From Octopus sinensis (lineage: Eukaryota): a stretch of DNA of 64,000 nucleotides. The position numbers and the translations under genes were made by a program. A model generated the notes under the pieces. The model was not told where the DNA came from. It was given only the letters and a program-made list of their open reading frames with translations, and ran no database searches. This document shows, one piece after another, positions 41,062 through 53,572 of the stretch (position 1 is the first letter of the stretch; each line of letters starts with the position of its first letter). The stretch is taken from the NCBI RefSeq assembly GCF_006345805.1, contig NC_043017.1, positions 11,284,001 to 11,348,000 of the forward strand, read 5' to 3'.

Positions 41062-41262
41062 CAGTGCTTTTCAAACTTTTTGCTGGAGCGGAACCCCAAG
41101 GAAACATTCCTCTGGCTCGAGGAACCCCTGTGCAATAATTTAATTGTCTTATGCTCACATATCTGCACAGGAGAATTAAAAATTACTGCCGAGTTAAGCA
41201 GTTTTGTAACTTCTTGCGGAACCCCTGGACTGTACTGGCAGAACCCTGGTTGAAAGCCACTT
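41062..41262. mobile_element. hAT/Charlie-like MITE
   Basis: Ends CAGTGCTTTTCAAAC ... GGTTGAAAGCCACTT; no TSD retained. Confidence 0.55.
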
Positions 41263-41465
41263 GAAATGGTTGTGTGGTTTGTAGGGGAATGTTTTCCTTA
41301 CTCCAGCTCACCTTACAACACCTGTTTTGGCATGCAGATGTCCTTTAAACAGACATGATGACCAGAACATCGAAGTTGGTGTTTCATAATTACGGGCTCA
41401 ATACTCATCATTTTTGCCGGCTGCAGGAATCTTGTATCAGGCAGATGAAATTACCATGATTTCTT

Positions 41466-41762
41466 CATCCGATTGTGGCCGTTGCCAGCCTCGTCTGGCC
41501 CCCGTGCCGGTAGCACGTAAAAAGCACCATCCGATCATGGCCGTTGCCAGCCTCATCTGGCACCTATGCAGGTGGCACGTAAAAAGCACCCACTACACTC
41601 ACGGAGTGGTTGGCGTTAGGAAGGGCATCCAGCTGTAGAAACACTGCCAGATCAGACTGGAGCCTGGAGCAGCCTTCTGGCTTCCCAGATCCCAGTTGAA
41701 CCGTCCAACCCATGCTAGCACAGAAAACGGACGTTAAATGATGATGATGATGATGATGATGA
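41466..41762 (+). mobile_element. Family B element, young copy with ~60-bp internal repeats
   Basis: Two CATCCGAT.GTGGCCGTTGCCAGCCTC...CACGTAAAAAGCACC units, the conserved body and a (GAT)n tail. Confidence 0.85.
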
Positions 41763-43459
41763 AGTAATGCTGATGGATTTGCTCAAGACATTGGATATAC
41801 CTGCAATAGGTTGTCCAGGTCTTGCCCTGCTACAGCAGTGTTATTAAGAGACATGTATAGTTTTCGTTAAGCTGTATGTGAAAAATAAACACAAACGAGA
41901 ACGTGTTGAGTTATCTATTCTGTGTCAGCCATGGACAACATGAGGGAGAGTATGTTTCGCCATTTGAGCCTGGGTCACATTTGCCACCTAACCAGAAGAC
42001 CCTTTTATTGCCGATCACTTTGAGAGCTAGTCTGCTGCAAAAGTTCTTATGGACAGTTTGTCTCTTACGAGTTCATGGGTAATGCCCTACACATGCTCAG
42101 TAGCCCTCAACTTGCACTGCTACTTTTACATGTGTGTCCGTCTGTGTATATCTGTATTGTCCAGACTGTCGGATGTTCTTATACACTGTTGATCACAATG
42201 CGTTTCCTCACGTTGCTGCAGTTTTCAAATGATGTCATCTGACTTGCTGAGCAGGAAGGATGACCGACCAACATTCTTCTCTCAGAACAGAATTACCAGT
42301 CCACCTCAGGGTTATCCATTCACAACTGAGTGGGTTTGAGTAATGTGAAATGAAGTGTTTTGCTCAAGAAGACAATACACTGCTGGTCTGGGAACTGAAA
42401 CCCTAATTTTACAACCATGAGTGCCACACCCAAACCACTAGGTTTTCCAGCAAGCTTCCATATAGTTTCCTTCTACAAATTTCACCCACAAGCTGCTGGT
42501 TAGCCCGGGGCTATAGCAGAAAACACAGTATTTCGCCCGCTGCTGCGTTGTGAGTTCAAATTCCGCCGAGGTCGACTTTGCCTTTCATCCTTTCGGGGTC
42601 GATAAATAAAGTACCAGTTTCACACTGGGGTCGATGTAATCAACTTAATCTGTTTGTCCCCTCTATGTTTAGCCCCTTGTGGGCAGTAAAGAAATATATA
42701 GCAGAAAACACATGACTAAAATTCTGCACAGTGGAACTGAACCCAAAACCATGTGGTCGGAAATCAAGCTTCTTATCCATGCAGCTATAACAATCAACAG
42801 AAAGTTCTTGTTGTAAAGTTGGAAAGAAAATTTGTCAGGCATTTTCTCTTTTTCACATTTCCACTTAAAAATGAAAAAAAAGAAAAACGAAAATGGATAC
42901 CTTAAGAGATAAACAAGTTTGATACTGAGGATTTAAAAAAAAAAAGACTCTCTAACCTACAAAAATGGATAGGAAAGTATATGTGAAAAGAGAAATAGTG
43001 AAGCCAAATAAACAATGAAATCTTTTGATTCTTTTTAGCTTTATGGGGACTTTTTTCTGTAAAGACAAAAAGAGGGGAAAACAAAATAAATTTAATGCCC
43101 TCTGCCCACCCCTATGCCATCACATTATCATATAACACAGCACCTTTTTACCTCCCTTTGGGCTCTTTTTAGTCTCCAACCCCCCTGCTCTGCTCTGTTC
43201 GCCTTAAAATGTTTTTATATTATTTTGTAAGTAGAGACATAAAAAGGCTTTTAAAATACGATAAAATAAAGAAATTTTGTTTTTTGGATCGGCGCAATGA
43301 CCCTCCTGAGATAGCAGAAAATAAAGAAACAATTACGTTGATAAGTATAAAAATTTATATAGAATAAATTGTCTTCTGCAAGAATGCTTTATTATTATTT
43401 GAATGAAAATTTAATGGGGAAATGCCATTCAATAAGTTACCGTTTTTGGACTTGTGACT

Positions 43460-43925
43460 TTTCTTTGTGTGTGTGTGTATGAGAGTGTCTGTGTGTGTGT
43501 ATATATATGTATGTATTTGTATGCATGGGAGTGTGTGTGTGTGTGTATGAGAGTATGTGTGTGTGTATATGTTTGTATTTGTATGCATGGGAGTGTGTGT
43601 ATGAGTGTGTGTGTGTGTGTATATGTTTGTATTTGTATGCATGGGAGTGTGTGTATGAGTGTGTGTGTGAGTGTCTGTGTGTGTGTGTATATATCTGTAT
43701 GTATTTATATGCATGAGAGTGTGGGTGTGTGTGTGTATGTATTTGTATGCATGGGAGTGTGTGTGTGTATGTATGTATTTGTATGCATGAGTGTGTGTGC
43801 GTGTGTGTATGTATTTGTATGCATGAGAGTGTGTGTGCGTGTGTGTATGTATGTATTTGTATGCATGATAGTGTGTGTGTGTGTGTATGTATTTGTACGC
43901 ATGGGAGTGTGTGTGTGTGTGTGAA
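43460..43925. repeat. Compound minisatellite: (TGTATTTGTATGCATG[G/A]GAGT) cores separated by variable (GT)n
   Basis: About 11 recurring cores; explains the His/Thr-rich and Cys/Val-rich ORFs in the track. Confidence 0.9.
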
Positions 43926-44784
43926 TGCAGTTCTCATGTGTTTGCTGAAAGCGATTTTGTTTCTCCTCCATTGAAATGTGTTTTTGCGGTAAAAGCGTTT
44001 CATGTGAGAAGTTTTCTTTATATTTAAAGCTTTTACAGAACTGACTGAGAGAATTGATTAAATCTGTTGTGGCAACACACTTGTTATTTTACTGATGTCA
44101 GATAAAAAGGAGCAGATTGATATCTCTGTAAAATGTGTGTGTGCGTGTATGTGTATATATATGTGTGTGTGTGTGATGCTGTAGGTTAGTTTTGCGTGTT
44201 CAACATTAAATGGATGCAATACGATATGGTCTGAGAATCAGTGACCAAACAGCTTATCAGCTCGCTATCACCATCACCTCCTCCCCCTCCATCATATCCA
44301 CAAATCTCCCATTGCTCCCCCTCCCCCACGACTGTCACCTCCCCCTCCTCTCCCCACCCCGTCCACTCCTTCCATCTCTTTAACCATCTCAACTCTCGCC
44401 GCCAGTTAAAGAAGCAGCGTAGATTTGGTCTTTTGTAATAAGCATTACAGCAAATAGCAACAATGATGTCGTCATTCCGGGTTGGCTTTTGCTTCCAAGA
44501 TGTGGTCCCGATTGTATCTGGAGGTCACTTTAACTGATGCTCGGTCACTTTGCTTGGATGAGAGGCTTGCAGGGATCTGGAAGCTGAAGGGTCTGGGTGC
44601 TGCAGGGTCAACACCAGCCGTGGCTCTCCCTGTGCCTCACTGGTGTCGCTTGTCATGTGTTCACAGAGGTTGTATGTGAATGAGTTAAAAACACCTTGTG
44701 ACCATTTGCACATGGTTTATTTATGCTGCGCAAGTCCTGGCCGGTCACTGCTGGCTGGAATTACAAACTATTTACAGAGGACTA

Positions 44785-45140
44785 ACTTACTTACTTGTAC
44801 TTGTGGCGACATTCACCCTGGGCGTGTTGAGTCGGCTTCTTCTACCACCCTTGAAGCATCTCGAACCATGGCAGTGGAAGAAGTTTCGTGGGAATATGAA
44901 TTTCACAAGTGGTCCCCAACAATCCCGCATGTAGAGACATCCTGTTTGCCGCAGATTGTCTGCAGGTGCAGGGACAGAATGACCGAGGAGCTGCCAGTTG
45001 CCGAAACAGACACTCTGAGGATTTTCACCAGAGCCCTGTCTGCCGGGTTGTGGCCCTCGGTGTCAGACCACTCGATGTTAGACCAATCTGCCTTGGGTGG
45101 CCCTACCAGGAACCGAAGTTCCCGACGGCATAGCTCTGAC
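44785..45140 (-). mobile_element. Probable internally deleted RTE-type element
   Basis: The minus strand starts GAGCTATGCCG...CTGGTAGGGCCACCCAAGGCAG, which I recall as RTE 5'-UTR-like, and ends ...CAAGTACAAGTAAGTAAG. GC-rich, no RT motifs. Confidence 0.4.
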
Positions 45141-45354
45141 ACAACAAAATGTAAGAAATATAAAGCAATGTGTTATGTAGCTGGATATCAAAACTTGCCC
45201 CTGGCAATGGAACAAGCACAAGAATATACAGAGATCTGCCCTCATGAACCCCTGTCAAACATGCTGTCATTAAAATGGAATGTGAGTGTTGGGTTAGGAG
45301 CTTGCAGTTGCTAAAATGACACACGACCTATTTATGTTATTGTGTAAAAAAAAA

Positions 45355-45675
45355 AGACTCCGCCGGTTACGACGACGAGGGTCCCAGCTGATACGATCAA
45401 CGGAACAGCTTTCTCGTGAAATTAACGTGCAAGTGGCTGAGCACTCCACAGACACGTGTACCCTTAACGTAGTTCTCAGGGATAATCAGCGTGACACAGA
45501 GAGTGACAAGGCTGACCCTTTGAAATACAAGTACAACTCATTTTTGCCAGCTGAGTGGACTGGAGCAACGTGAAATAAAGTGTCTTGCTCAAGGACACAA
45601 CGCGTCGCCGGGAATCGAACTCACAACCTTACGATCATGAGCCGAATGCCCTAACCACTAAGCCACGCGCCCTCA
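45355..45675 (-). mobile_element. tRNA(Met)-like-head SINE, tail type 2
   Basis: Head GGCTTAGTGGTTAGGGCATTCGGCTCATGATCGTAAGGTTGTGAGTTCGATTCCCG (CAT at the anticodon position); 3' half matches 33312-33689. Confidence 0.8.
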
Positions 45676-45977
45676 CTGTTATTGTGTGATAGTATGATTG
45701 TTGCATTGTGGATGTCACTATCATCAGAGTTGATGCTGTTGCTGTCTCAATCATAGTGTGAGATTGGGCTGGCTTCAGTATTACAACAAAAGCAAAACTC
45801 ACGAACATTAAACAACTGATCTTATTTAAAAAAAAATGTTAAGCATGAATACATACATAAATTATCAAATCCTCACTGCTAGTGGGACTAAGATGTAGGA
45901 ATCAACTTAACGGTATTTGCTCGGATATTAGTTGTCTGAAAGATGAGAGATGACCAAAAGTTAATTGAACCGTTTAA

Positions 45978-46199
45978 CCCTTTTGTTACCGTATTTATTT
46001 AGAGATGCTCTGTGTTTCTTTTGATTAATTTTAAATATAACAAAGAATTTAGTAAAATAACTTAGTTATCATTCAGCTGGTGTTAGGAACATAAATTTTG
46101 ACTAAGGTTTGGTAGAAGATTTTAATTCAAAACTTATGAAAACAAAACATTTGTACTACAGAGCCAGAGGCGGTTTCAGCCGGGTTGGTATCAAAAGGG
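45978..46199 (-). mobile_element. piggyBac-like MITE (third copy)
   Basis: CCCTTTTGTTAC ... GTATCAAAAGGG with TTAA on both sides. Confidence 0.8.
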
Positions 46200-46204
46200 T
46201 TAAC

Positions 46205-46785
46205 TTGAATGTGGCCTCATTACTCCACACAATCTTTGTTGGAAAGTGTGCATCTTCTACACATCATGCCACGTACCACTCACAATACTGCACTCTTTGG
46301 TCTGGATCATCATTAATAGCATGGATTAATCTTGGAACGTAACTTTTCCATTGACAACACTTCAAAATGCCTTGGAAAGACGATTTCGAAATACCTGCCT
46401 CATGACTCGCTTGCTGCATAGATTTTCTTGGACATTGGTGATACGTTTCCAGCACTCCTTCTTGCTTTGTGGGGGTAGTCAAGGTTCTTGATTTTCCCGG
46501 ATGTTTCTTGTGGACATTCTGAACAGTCCCATTGACTGCAAGCTTATCTCTAATTCGAATGATGGTAAATCGCATTGGTGGATCTGTTTGAAACTCTGTC
46601 CTAAACTGTCTTTTGCACTTCAACTGCATTTTTACACTTCCAGTAATATTTCAGAATGAATTTCCTTTCTTCAAAGCTTAGTTTGACTGCCATCATTAAT
46701 TCCAATGGGTTTCATCTGGAAAGAAAAAACATCAATTGTGTTATTTGCTGCTAAAGTGTGTATACATTTTTGAGGGACACCATAT
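46205..46785 (-). mobile_element. Tc1/mariner-type transposon 5' fragment (DUF4817-like HTH)
   Basis: [23 protein letters not shown]...[18 protein letters not shown]...[25 protein letters not shown]; a TIR-like TGGTGTCCCTCAAAAATGTATACAC near 46780. Confidence 0.75.
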
Positions 46786-46803
46786 ATATATATATATATA
46801 TGT

Positions 46804-47012
46804 ACTCTTACTTTTTACTCTTTTACTTGTTTCAGTCATTTGACTGTGGCCATACTGGAGCACCACCTTTAGTCGAGCAAATCGACCCCAGGACTTATTC
46901 TTTGTAAGCCTAGTACTTATTCTATTGCTTTCTTTTGCCAAACTGCTAAGTTATGGGGACGTAAACACACCAGCATCAGTTGTCAAGTGATGTTGGGGGA
47001 CAAACACAGACA

Positions 47013-47070
<58 letters not shown>

Positions 47071-47233
47071 CACGGCTGGCTTCTTTCAGTTTCCATCTAC
47101 CAAATCCACTCACAAGGCTTTGGTCGGCCCAAGGCTATACTAGAAGACACTTGCCCAAGGTGCCATGCAGTGGGACAACCCGGAACCATGTGGTTCGTAA
47201 GCAAGCTACTTACCACACAGCCACTCCTACGCC
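46804..47233 (-). mobile_element. Family A SINE (reverse)
   Basis: Full head-to-tail match to the other family A copies, with a central (CA)n. Confidence 0.85.
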
Positions 47234-47319
47234 TATATATACATATATATATGTATATGTATATATCATATGTATATAAGTATATGTATATAAGTATATA
47301 TGTATATATATATATATAT

Positions 47320-47706
47320 ACTAGCAGTATCGCCCGGCGTTGCTCAGGTTTGTAAGGGAAATAACTATAAAGCATTTTTAGAGAGTTATAGCCAAAAAAT
47401 AGCAAAAAATGGGGAAAAATGATGGTAAATTTTTTTTTGAGAGTAATAAAAGGTTGAGTTGCGTCCCCTAGACAGTCTGTGGTTTGTTTTTTTTTATTCT
47501 CGACCCCATGTCGAATTTATCGATTTTTTTCAGAACTGGGGGAACTTTTCAAAATTTTCGCTGCGTTAGTTTTGAATTATGACATTGGGCTATGTGTGTG
47601 TCAAGTTTCATCAGAATCGGTTGAAAGCCGTGGTCAGGGTGAGGGTACGAGAAAACAGACACACAGAAACACGCACAGACAAACTGCCGTTTATATAGAG
47701 AGAGAT
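47320..47706 (+). mobile_element. Helitron/Helentron-like non-autonomous element (Lep1/DINE-like layout)
   Basis: 5' ACTAGCAGTATCGCCCGGCGTTGCTCAGG, internal AAGTTTCATCAGAATCGG, (ACAG/AC)n microsatellite, 3' TTTATATAGAGAGAGAT, inserted in (TA)n. The layout matches what I recall of Lep1/DINE-1 elements. Confidence 0.6.
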
Positions 47707-48659
47707 ATATATATATATCAGTTGAATAACATTAAAACATGGTTTGGTTTTGACGTTTTTTTATTATGGTATATATTACATACACACACACACAAGCATT
47801 AATCAGTAACATACTTGACCGATTCTTTCAAAATCAAGAAAAAGAAAAAAGAACACCAAAATAAACAGGTAGAATCCTCTTCAGGTTGTCTTAGACTATT
47901 TTGGGGTATTTTGGGATGTCATCAATACATGAAGGCGTCACTAGGAAGACATCCTGTTTTGTCAATGAGTCACCGGTTCAGATCTCAACAAGAACTGGCA
48001 TCAACATGAACGTCACTTCAAGAGGAAATAAATTGAAACGCTTTCATGTGAGGAATTTTTCGAAAGTAAAACACTAAACGTAAACCACTTTGACCAATCA
48101 AAAACAACCAGCAACTGACCACCACCCATGGACACCAGCCATCTAACTGGCCAACCAACCAATAACAACAACACAAAAGAACTTTTGCTAGACATATCAC
48201 CAAAGCCATTTAATCTCAGCTTCCTGAAGAATTAATTATGTCTTAGTATGTTGCAACAGGAAACTGTAGCAAACAGTCATTGGTGCGTTAATTATTTGCG
48301 GAGATGGAGATTTGTTCCTCACCCACCCCAACACTGACGAAGAATTTTGTTTTTTGGTTTGTTGTTTTGGGGAAATTTTTGGTGTTTTTTTATGGAAATA
48401 TTTCTTGACTCTCTGACCTCTCTGGTGAGAAACGGTCATTTTGTCAAATATTCTTAGTCCAACTTTATATTCTACTTAGTGGCAAAACTAGGTGGGGTTA
48501 TGTGATTGCAATGTTGTTTTGGAGAAATACAAAAAATAACCGCCAAAAACAACAGCGAAAACAACGAATAAGTGTTTTATTCCTTCTTAATTCATCTAGA
48601 ATGTACTCTGTGCCCTCAAGAAAACTAAATTGTTGTAAATGGCAAGGTTTCAGCTTTGG

Positions 48660-49380
48660 AGTTCAGGAGTGACTCCAAGATATGTGTCATACAGGCTCAC
48701 CATTGTTCAGGAATTTGGGGGAGTATGGAGTAACCCCATAATTGCCCCTGTACGCCCATGTTTTCTCTGGCCCACAATGGTGTCTGTCAAAGATGCCAGT
48801 CATGGGTCAAATGGCAGACTTGGAGGAGAGCTGATTCCTAGTTATGTGCCAATCGGACCCACCATTGTTCAGGAATTCAGGGGAGTCTGGAGTTATCCCT
48901 TAGTCACCACTATATTCCCAGGTCTGGTAGTAGCAAAGGCCCCAGTTATGGGTTAAATAACTGAAGAGGGTTCTGTGGCTAAGCTATTCAGGACTGACCC
49001 CTACAAATGTTTCATACAGGACTACCAGAGTTAAGGAGTTTTGAGAAGTATGCAGTTCATCTTGAGTTACTACAATACTTCTGGGTTTTCTCTGGCCCCC
49101 AATTATGGGTCAAATAATTGATGGCTAAAATATACAAGACACAGGAGGAGGCCAGCCACTGGTATGTATCACATGGGCCCAATAGAGTGCAGGGGTTTTG
49201 GGGAATGAGTCTTTAGTCATCATTACTCCCAGGTTCACTCTAGCCTGGGGTGATAGTATCTATCAAGGGCCCCAGTTATTGGCCAAGTAGCAGAAAATGG
49301 ACTTATAGCTAAATCATGCAGGACATGAAAGGGGGCTGGCCCTAACTACGTGACACAGAGGCCCACTGGTGTGTGTACAC
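48660..49380. repeat. Degenerate ~160-bp tandem repeat (about 4-5 units)
   Basis: The anchor ACCATTGTTCAGGA recurs at 48699 and 48861, with a variant at 49024; later units are more diverged. Confidence 0.6.
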
Positions 49381-49660
49381 AAATTAATGTCACACGAAGC
49401 AGTCCCCTTACCTAAAGGATAAATTTCTCCTGCACCTCAAGGGTAAGATCATGAGAACAGAAGACTAGCAGAGTAAATTGTAAATAGATTGGTAGAAGGC
49501 AATGAGAAGCCATTTTGTAGCTTTTCTGAGAAAAATCGTGAATCTTCAGTCTTTGGTAAAGATCTCTACAGAGAGAGAGAAGGAGAGAGAAAGAAAGAAG
49601 TAAATACTGGGATAGACTGGAGTGTTTCCTTAATCTTTGGGGAAAATGAAGCTTGTTGTT

Positions 49661-49800
49661 GAGATCCAGAGCGAATCGCAGAAGGCCCTTGGCTTTGCTT
49701 ATGGAATATGACTTCCAGGCTGGATTCCAAGTGGTAGGAATGCTGAGACCGATGTATTGCTATGCAAGGTGACTATTTCGAGGGAATTGATGTCAGGTAA
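49661..49800 (+). mobile_element. mariner transposase C-terminal remnant
   Basis: Across two frameshifts: EIQSESQKAL / LMEYDFQAGFQ / KW*EC*DRCIAMQGDYFEG; same type as 56180-56530. Confidence 0.7.
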
Positions 49801-50439
49801 ATAAGCTGTTTTTTATGAAACATAACTAGTCCGGGAACCTTTTGACACCAGCTCGAACTTGTGTTTAATAAACATAAATGTTTACTCGGATCTAATCTGA
49901 CAAGCTTTTAGTCTTTTGAGATCTTCACCAGGCAAAGAAGCCCCTACTTCTGTTCAAAATTTTAATTTAATTAAAGTTACATCATCATCATCATTGTTTT
50001 AACCTCTAGTTTTTCATGAATGCATGGGCCAGATGGAATATGTTGTATAGTTTCCCATCCACTTTGAGGAATCGATGCAGGATGTGTCAAAATGATGATA
50101 TGAACGACAAAGTTTCCTATCCCATTTTAGATAATTATTTATTAGCGCTTTCCTGTCTCCCTTCATGGGGGTAAGTTTTACAGACAATTTCTTTACCTTT
50201 TAGACATTGTGTTGTTTTGTTTAGAAAAGGAGAAAGAGAAAAGAAGAATGAATGGAGGGGAGAGAAAGACAGAAAAGGCAGAAAAAGAAAAGTAAGCAGA
50301 AGAAACAACTACAGTAATATCGCCCGACCCACACCCTGTAATAACAGCACTGATGACAGCCCCAACAACAGCTGCAGCAACAGCAACTCCAGTCCCAGAG
50401 CCAACGGAAGATACACCAGGGGCGTGAAGACAAGCAGTA

Positions 50440-50795
50440 CTCAAGTTCGGATAGACAGCAGGTCAGCCAGAACTGTCTTTAAGCGGCACCTGTACAACCA
50501 CAAGTCCTCTTTTAGGGTTCCAGAAAGATGTTACGTCATGTCCATAGTCAGTCACATGTGGCACTTTAAGGATGAAGGAACTCCATGCGAAATTAAATGA
50601 AGGATCATAGAGCAACTGGAGTCCTATATAAATGGGAGTGGACGATGCAAGCTTTGCATAGCAGAACAGGTAAGGATCCTTAAAGACTTGCTGGACCTGG
50701 GATCTCTCTTAAGCTCAAGATATGAGATCTATAGCCTCCTCCCCCATTTCAAATGCTACCTGCTGCAGGTGTGGGATTCATCATTTGTCAATTAG
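50440..50795 (+). mobile_element. Penelope-like element GIY-YIG endonuclease C-terminal remnant
   Basis: FKRHLYNHKSSFR...SHMWHFKDEGTPCEIK*RII...RCKLCIAEQVRIL...LLSSRYEI resembles the PLE pattern FK.R..NH..SF...W.LK...I.W.I...C.LC..EK..I...LLN.R.E; the TGA sits at the conserved Trp. Confidence 0.7.
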
Positions 50796-51232
50796 GGCTA
50801 TAAAAAGCAAATGCAGACTGGAACCAACCCAAAGGAGAGTAATTTCCTGTTCACCCTTTTGGTCCTTGAGATTTGCCAACGGGATCAGTCTAAAGCAGAT
50901 AACTCATTGTTTAAATGCTTAGACATGTATATTATTCTTTTATTAGCAAATTAACTGACTTTAACGGTTTTCTACCCCCTGTTTGAAGTGAAGTTATATG
51001 CCCTTGGCTACTGGAGTCTGACAAGTCATCTATAAAGCCAAGTGTTTTATGGATGCAAAACAATTGGCCACTATGACCAAACATAACTTCATGTAGGTGG
51101 ACGTTAAATGATGATGTATGTATGTAAATACATACATACATACATATATAGAAGGCAGTCGTTAAATGATGATGATGATGATACACACACACACACACAC
51201 ACGCACATATATATATATATATATATATATCA

Positions 51233-51522
51233 CGTGATCACGTGACCAACCAGACCATCAGATGTTGTTACACATCACTGGTCACAATGCATTTGCATTG
51301 TTTTAGCCTTCGAATGACGCCACCCCGCTGGCTAAGCGAGCAGGCCAACAGCAGAAAGAGTGAAAGAAGGAGTGGTGAAAGAGTACAGCGGGGATCACCA
51401 CCCCCTGCCGGAGCCTCGTGGAGCTTCTTTTTTTTTTAGGTGTTTTCGCTCAATAAACACACACCTGGTCTGGGAATCGAAACCGCGAGTCCGCTGCCCT
51501 AACCACTGGGCCATTGCGCCGC
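51233..51522 (-). mobile_element. tRNA(Arg)-like-head SINE, tail type 3
   Basis: Same head as 33312-33689, then a different 3' part ending TCACGTGATCACGTGA. Confidence 0.75.
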
Positions 51523-51560
<38 letters not shown>

Positions 51561-51725
51561 TAATGTTTATCACAACATCAATATGACTGTTCTATAGGAA
51601 TCGATGTTACTACTGCTTTTAACCCTAGGAAGAGCCTCTTCTGGCTGGTTATTGATGCAATCTGCACCCAGTATAGTTACTACTTTCATCTCTTATAAAG
51701 ATTTCCTAATTAGTTACTTTGCTTG

Positions 51726-51765
<40 letters not shown>

Positions 51766-52329
51766 GTAAAGGGTTATATACATATATCTATTAGAAGCTT
51801 ACAACTGTTTCAGTGGATCCATGGTCCACTCTTAGCAATATAAGGGACTGCCACCCAGCATTGGATTAATCATTGAGCAAAATAAGCGTATGCTTATGGC
51901 ATCAATGAAGTGTGTGTGTGTGTGGGGGGGGGTAACCACAGAAATAGTAAATGGTTTATGGCACAAAAGAAATCACTTTAAACTTGCTAAGATAATGTTC
52001 AAAAGGGTTTGTCGGGCCCCATGGAGGCAATGACAAATAAGCAGGACCTTTGGCATTGTGGTGTGCTTGAGAAGAAAACTCATCAAACCTAGTGAAATCG
52101 TAATCATGGCAGATACTGGTGTCACACAAATGGCACCCATGTTGGTGGCACATGAAAGCACCCATTACAATCTCAGAATGGTTGGCATGTTAGGAAGGGC
52201 ATATCCAGCCAAAGAAAAACCATGCCAAAACAGACTGGAGCCTGGTGCCACCTTTCCAGCTTGCCACCCCTGCTCAGACTGTCCAACCCATGCCAGCATG
52301 GACAGCAGATATTAAATGATGATGATGAT

Positions 52330-52737
52330 GAGCTGGCAGAAACGTTAGCACACCGGGCGAAATGCTTAGCGGTATTGCGTCTGTCGTTGCGTTCTGAGTT
52401 CAAATTCCGCCGAGGTCGACTTTGCCTTTCATCATTTCGGGGTCGATAAATTAAGTACCAGATACGCACTGGGGTCGATGTAAACGACTTAATCCGTTTG
52501 TCTATCCTTGTTTGTCCCCTCTGTGTTTAGCCCCTTGTGGTTAGTAAAGAAATGGGTATTTCGTCTGTCGTTACATTCTGAGTTGAAGTTCCACCGAGGT
52601 TGACTTTGCCTTTCATCCTTTCGGGGTCGATAAATTAAGTACCAGATACGCACTGGGGTCGATGTAAACGACTTAATCCGTTTGTCTATCCTTGTTTGTC
52701 CCCTCTATGTTTAGCCCCTCGTGGGCAATAAAGAAAC
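52330..52737 (+). mobile_element. Family C SINE dimer nested in the (GAT)n tail of a family B element
   Basis: (GAT)n on both sides (52312-52330 and 52739-52760); one head and two tandem units. Confidence 0.85.
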
Positions 52738-53307
52738 AGATGATGATGATGATGATGATGTTTATGTGATCAGATATATAATTTCAAAGTGTTCGTGGTT
52801 TCATAGTGTGGATCTGATCAAAGAGGTTTGAACTCACAGCTTCACGGTTTCAAAGCAAACTTCATAAGCCACCGCCCCACTGCCCCACCCCCCACAACAC
52901 TAAAAATATATCTAAAAATAATCTTTGCTCTCTGCTAGGTGGATGTCGTATGTGGCTGAGGGCATGCTGATGTTGCTGTTGCTGTTGTTGTTGCTGGTGG
53001 TGGTGGTTATGGCAGGGAAGTGGGGGGGGGGGAGGTGGAGACAGTTTAAGTAGCCGACACTTCTATCTCATTGGCTTATTATTGTGATGATGTAACGAAA
53101 GGTTTTGTTTGGTCATCTAAGGACCTCCGTGTGTCCGGGTTTAATTGGAGAGGAAGGAGAGGGGGAGAAGGGAAGGTGAGAGAAAGAGAGAGAGAGAGAG
53201 GAAGTGAGAGAGGGGCTACTTTAATTAGGGTGGTGTCTTGAAAGTAAACAAAAAAATTAAATTACATTATTTCAAAATCAAGAAATAAATATAAGTATAT
53301 ACATAAG

Positions 53308-53340
<33 letters not shown>

Positions 53341-53356
53341 ATGTATATATATATGT

Positions 53357-53402
<46 letters not shown>

Positions 53403-53541
53403 CTATACATATACATGTGTGTATATATATATGTATGTATGTATATACACAAACACAAAACGAAACAATTCAGAAAAACCCAAGAAAGGTAGAAAATGAT
53501 ATGATTATAAAAATGTGTGTGTATGGGTGTATGTGTGTGTT

Positions 53542-53572
<31 letters not shown>

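Noticed and set aside
43355-44003. His/Thr-rich and Cys/Val-rich ORFs up to 188 aa
   Set aside because: Translations of the compound (GT)n minisatellite; no domain features or splice signals.
44643-45314. Longest ORF in the track (223 aa)
   Set aside because: Starts at TTG, has no recognisable motif, and crosses the boundary of a probable antisense retroelement and a (TTAC)n tract. Most likely a chance frame in GC-richer repeat DNA.
45600-45675. tRNA-Met-like sequence, and similar tRNA-like heads at 1211, 33689, 51522 and in family A
   Set aside because: A and B boxes are present, but I could not build a full cloverleaf with an acceptor stem, and each continues into a SINE body and tail. 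These are SINE heads, not tRNA genes.
50217-50600. 127-aa basic, Asn/Ser-rich ORF as a stand-alone gene
   Set aside because: The first half is purine-rich low-complexity sequence and the second half is the Penelope-like remnant, whose homology continues past the stop.
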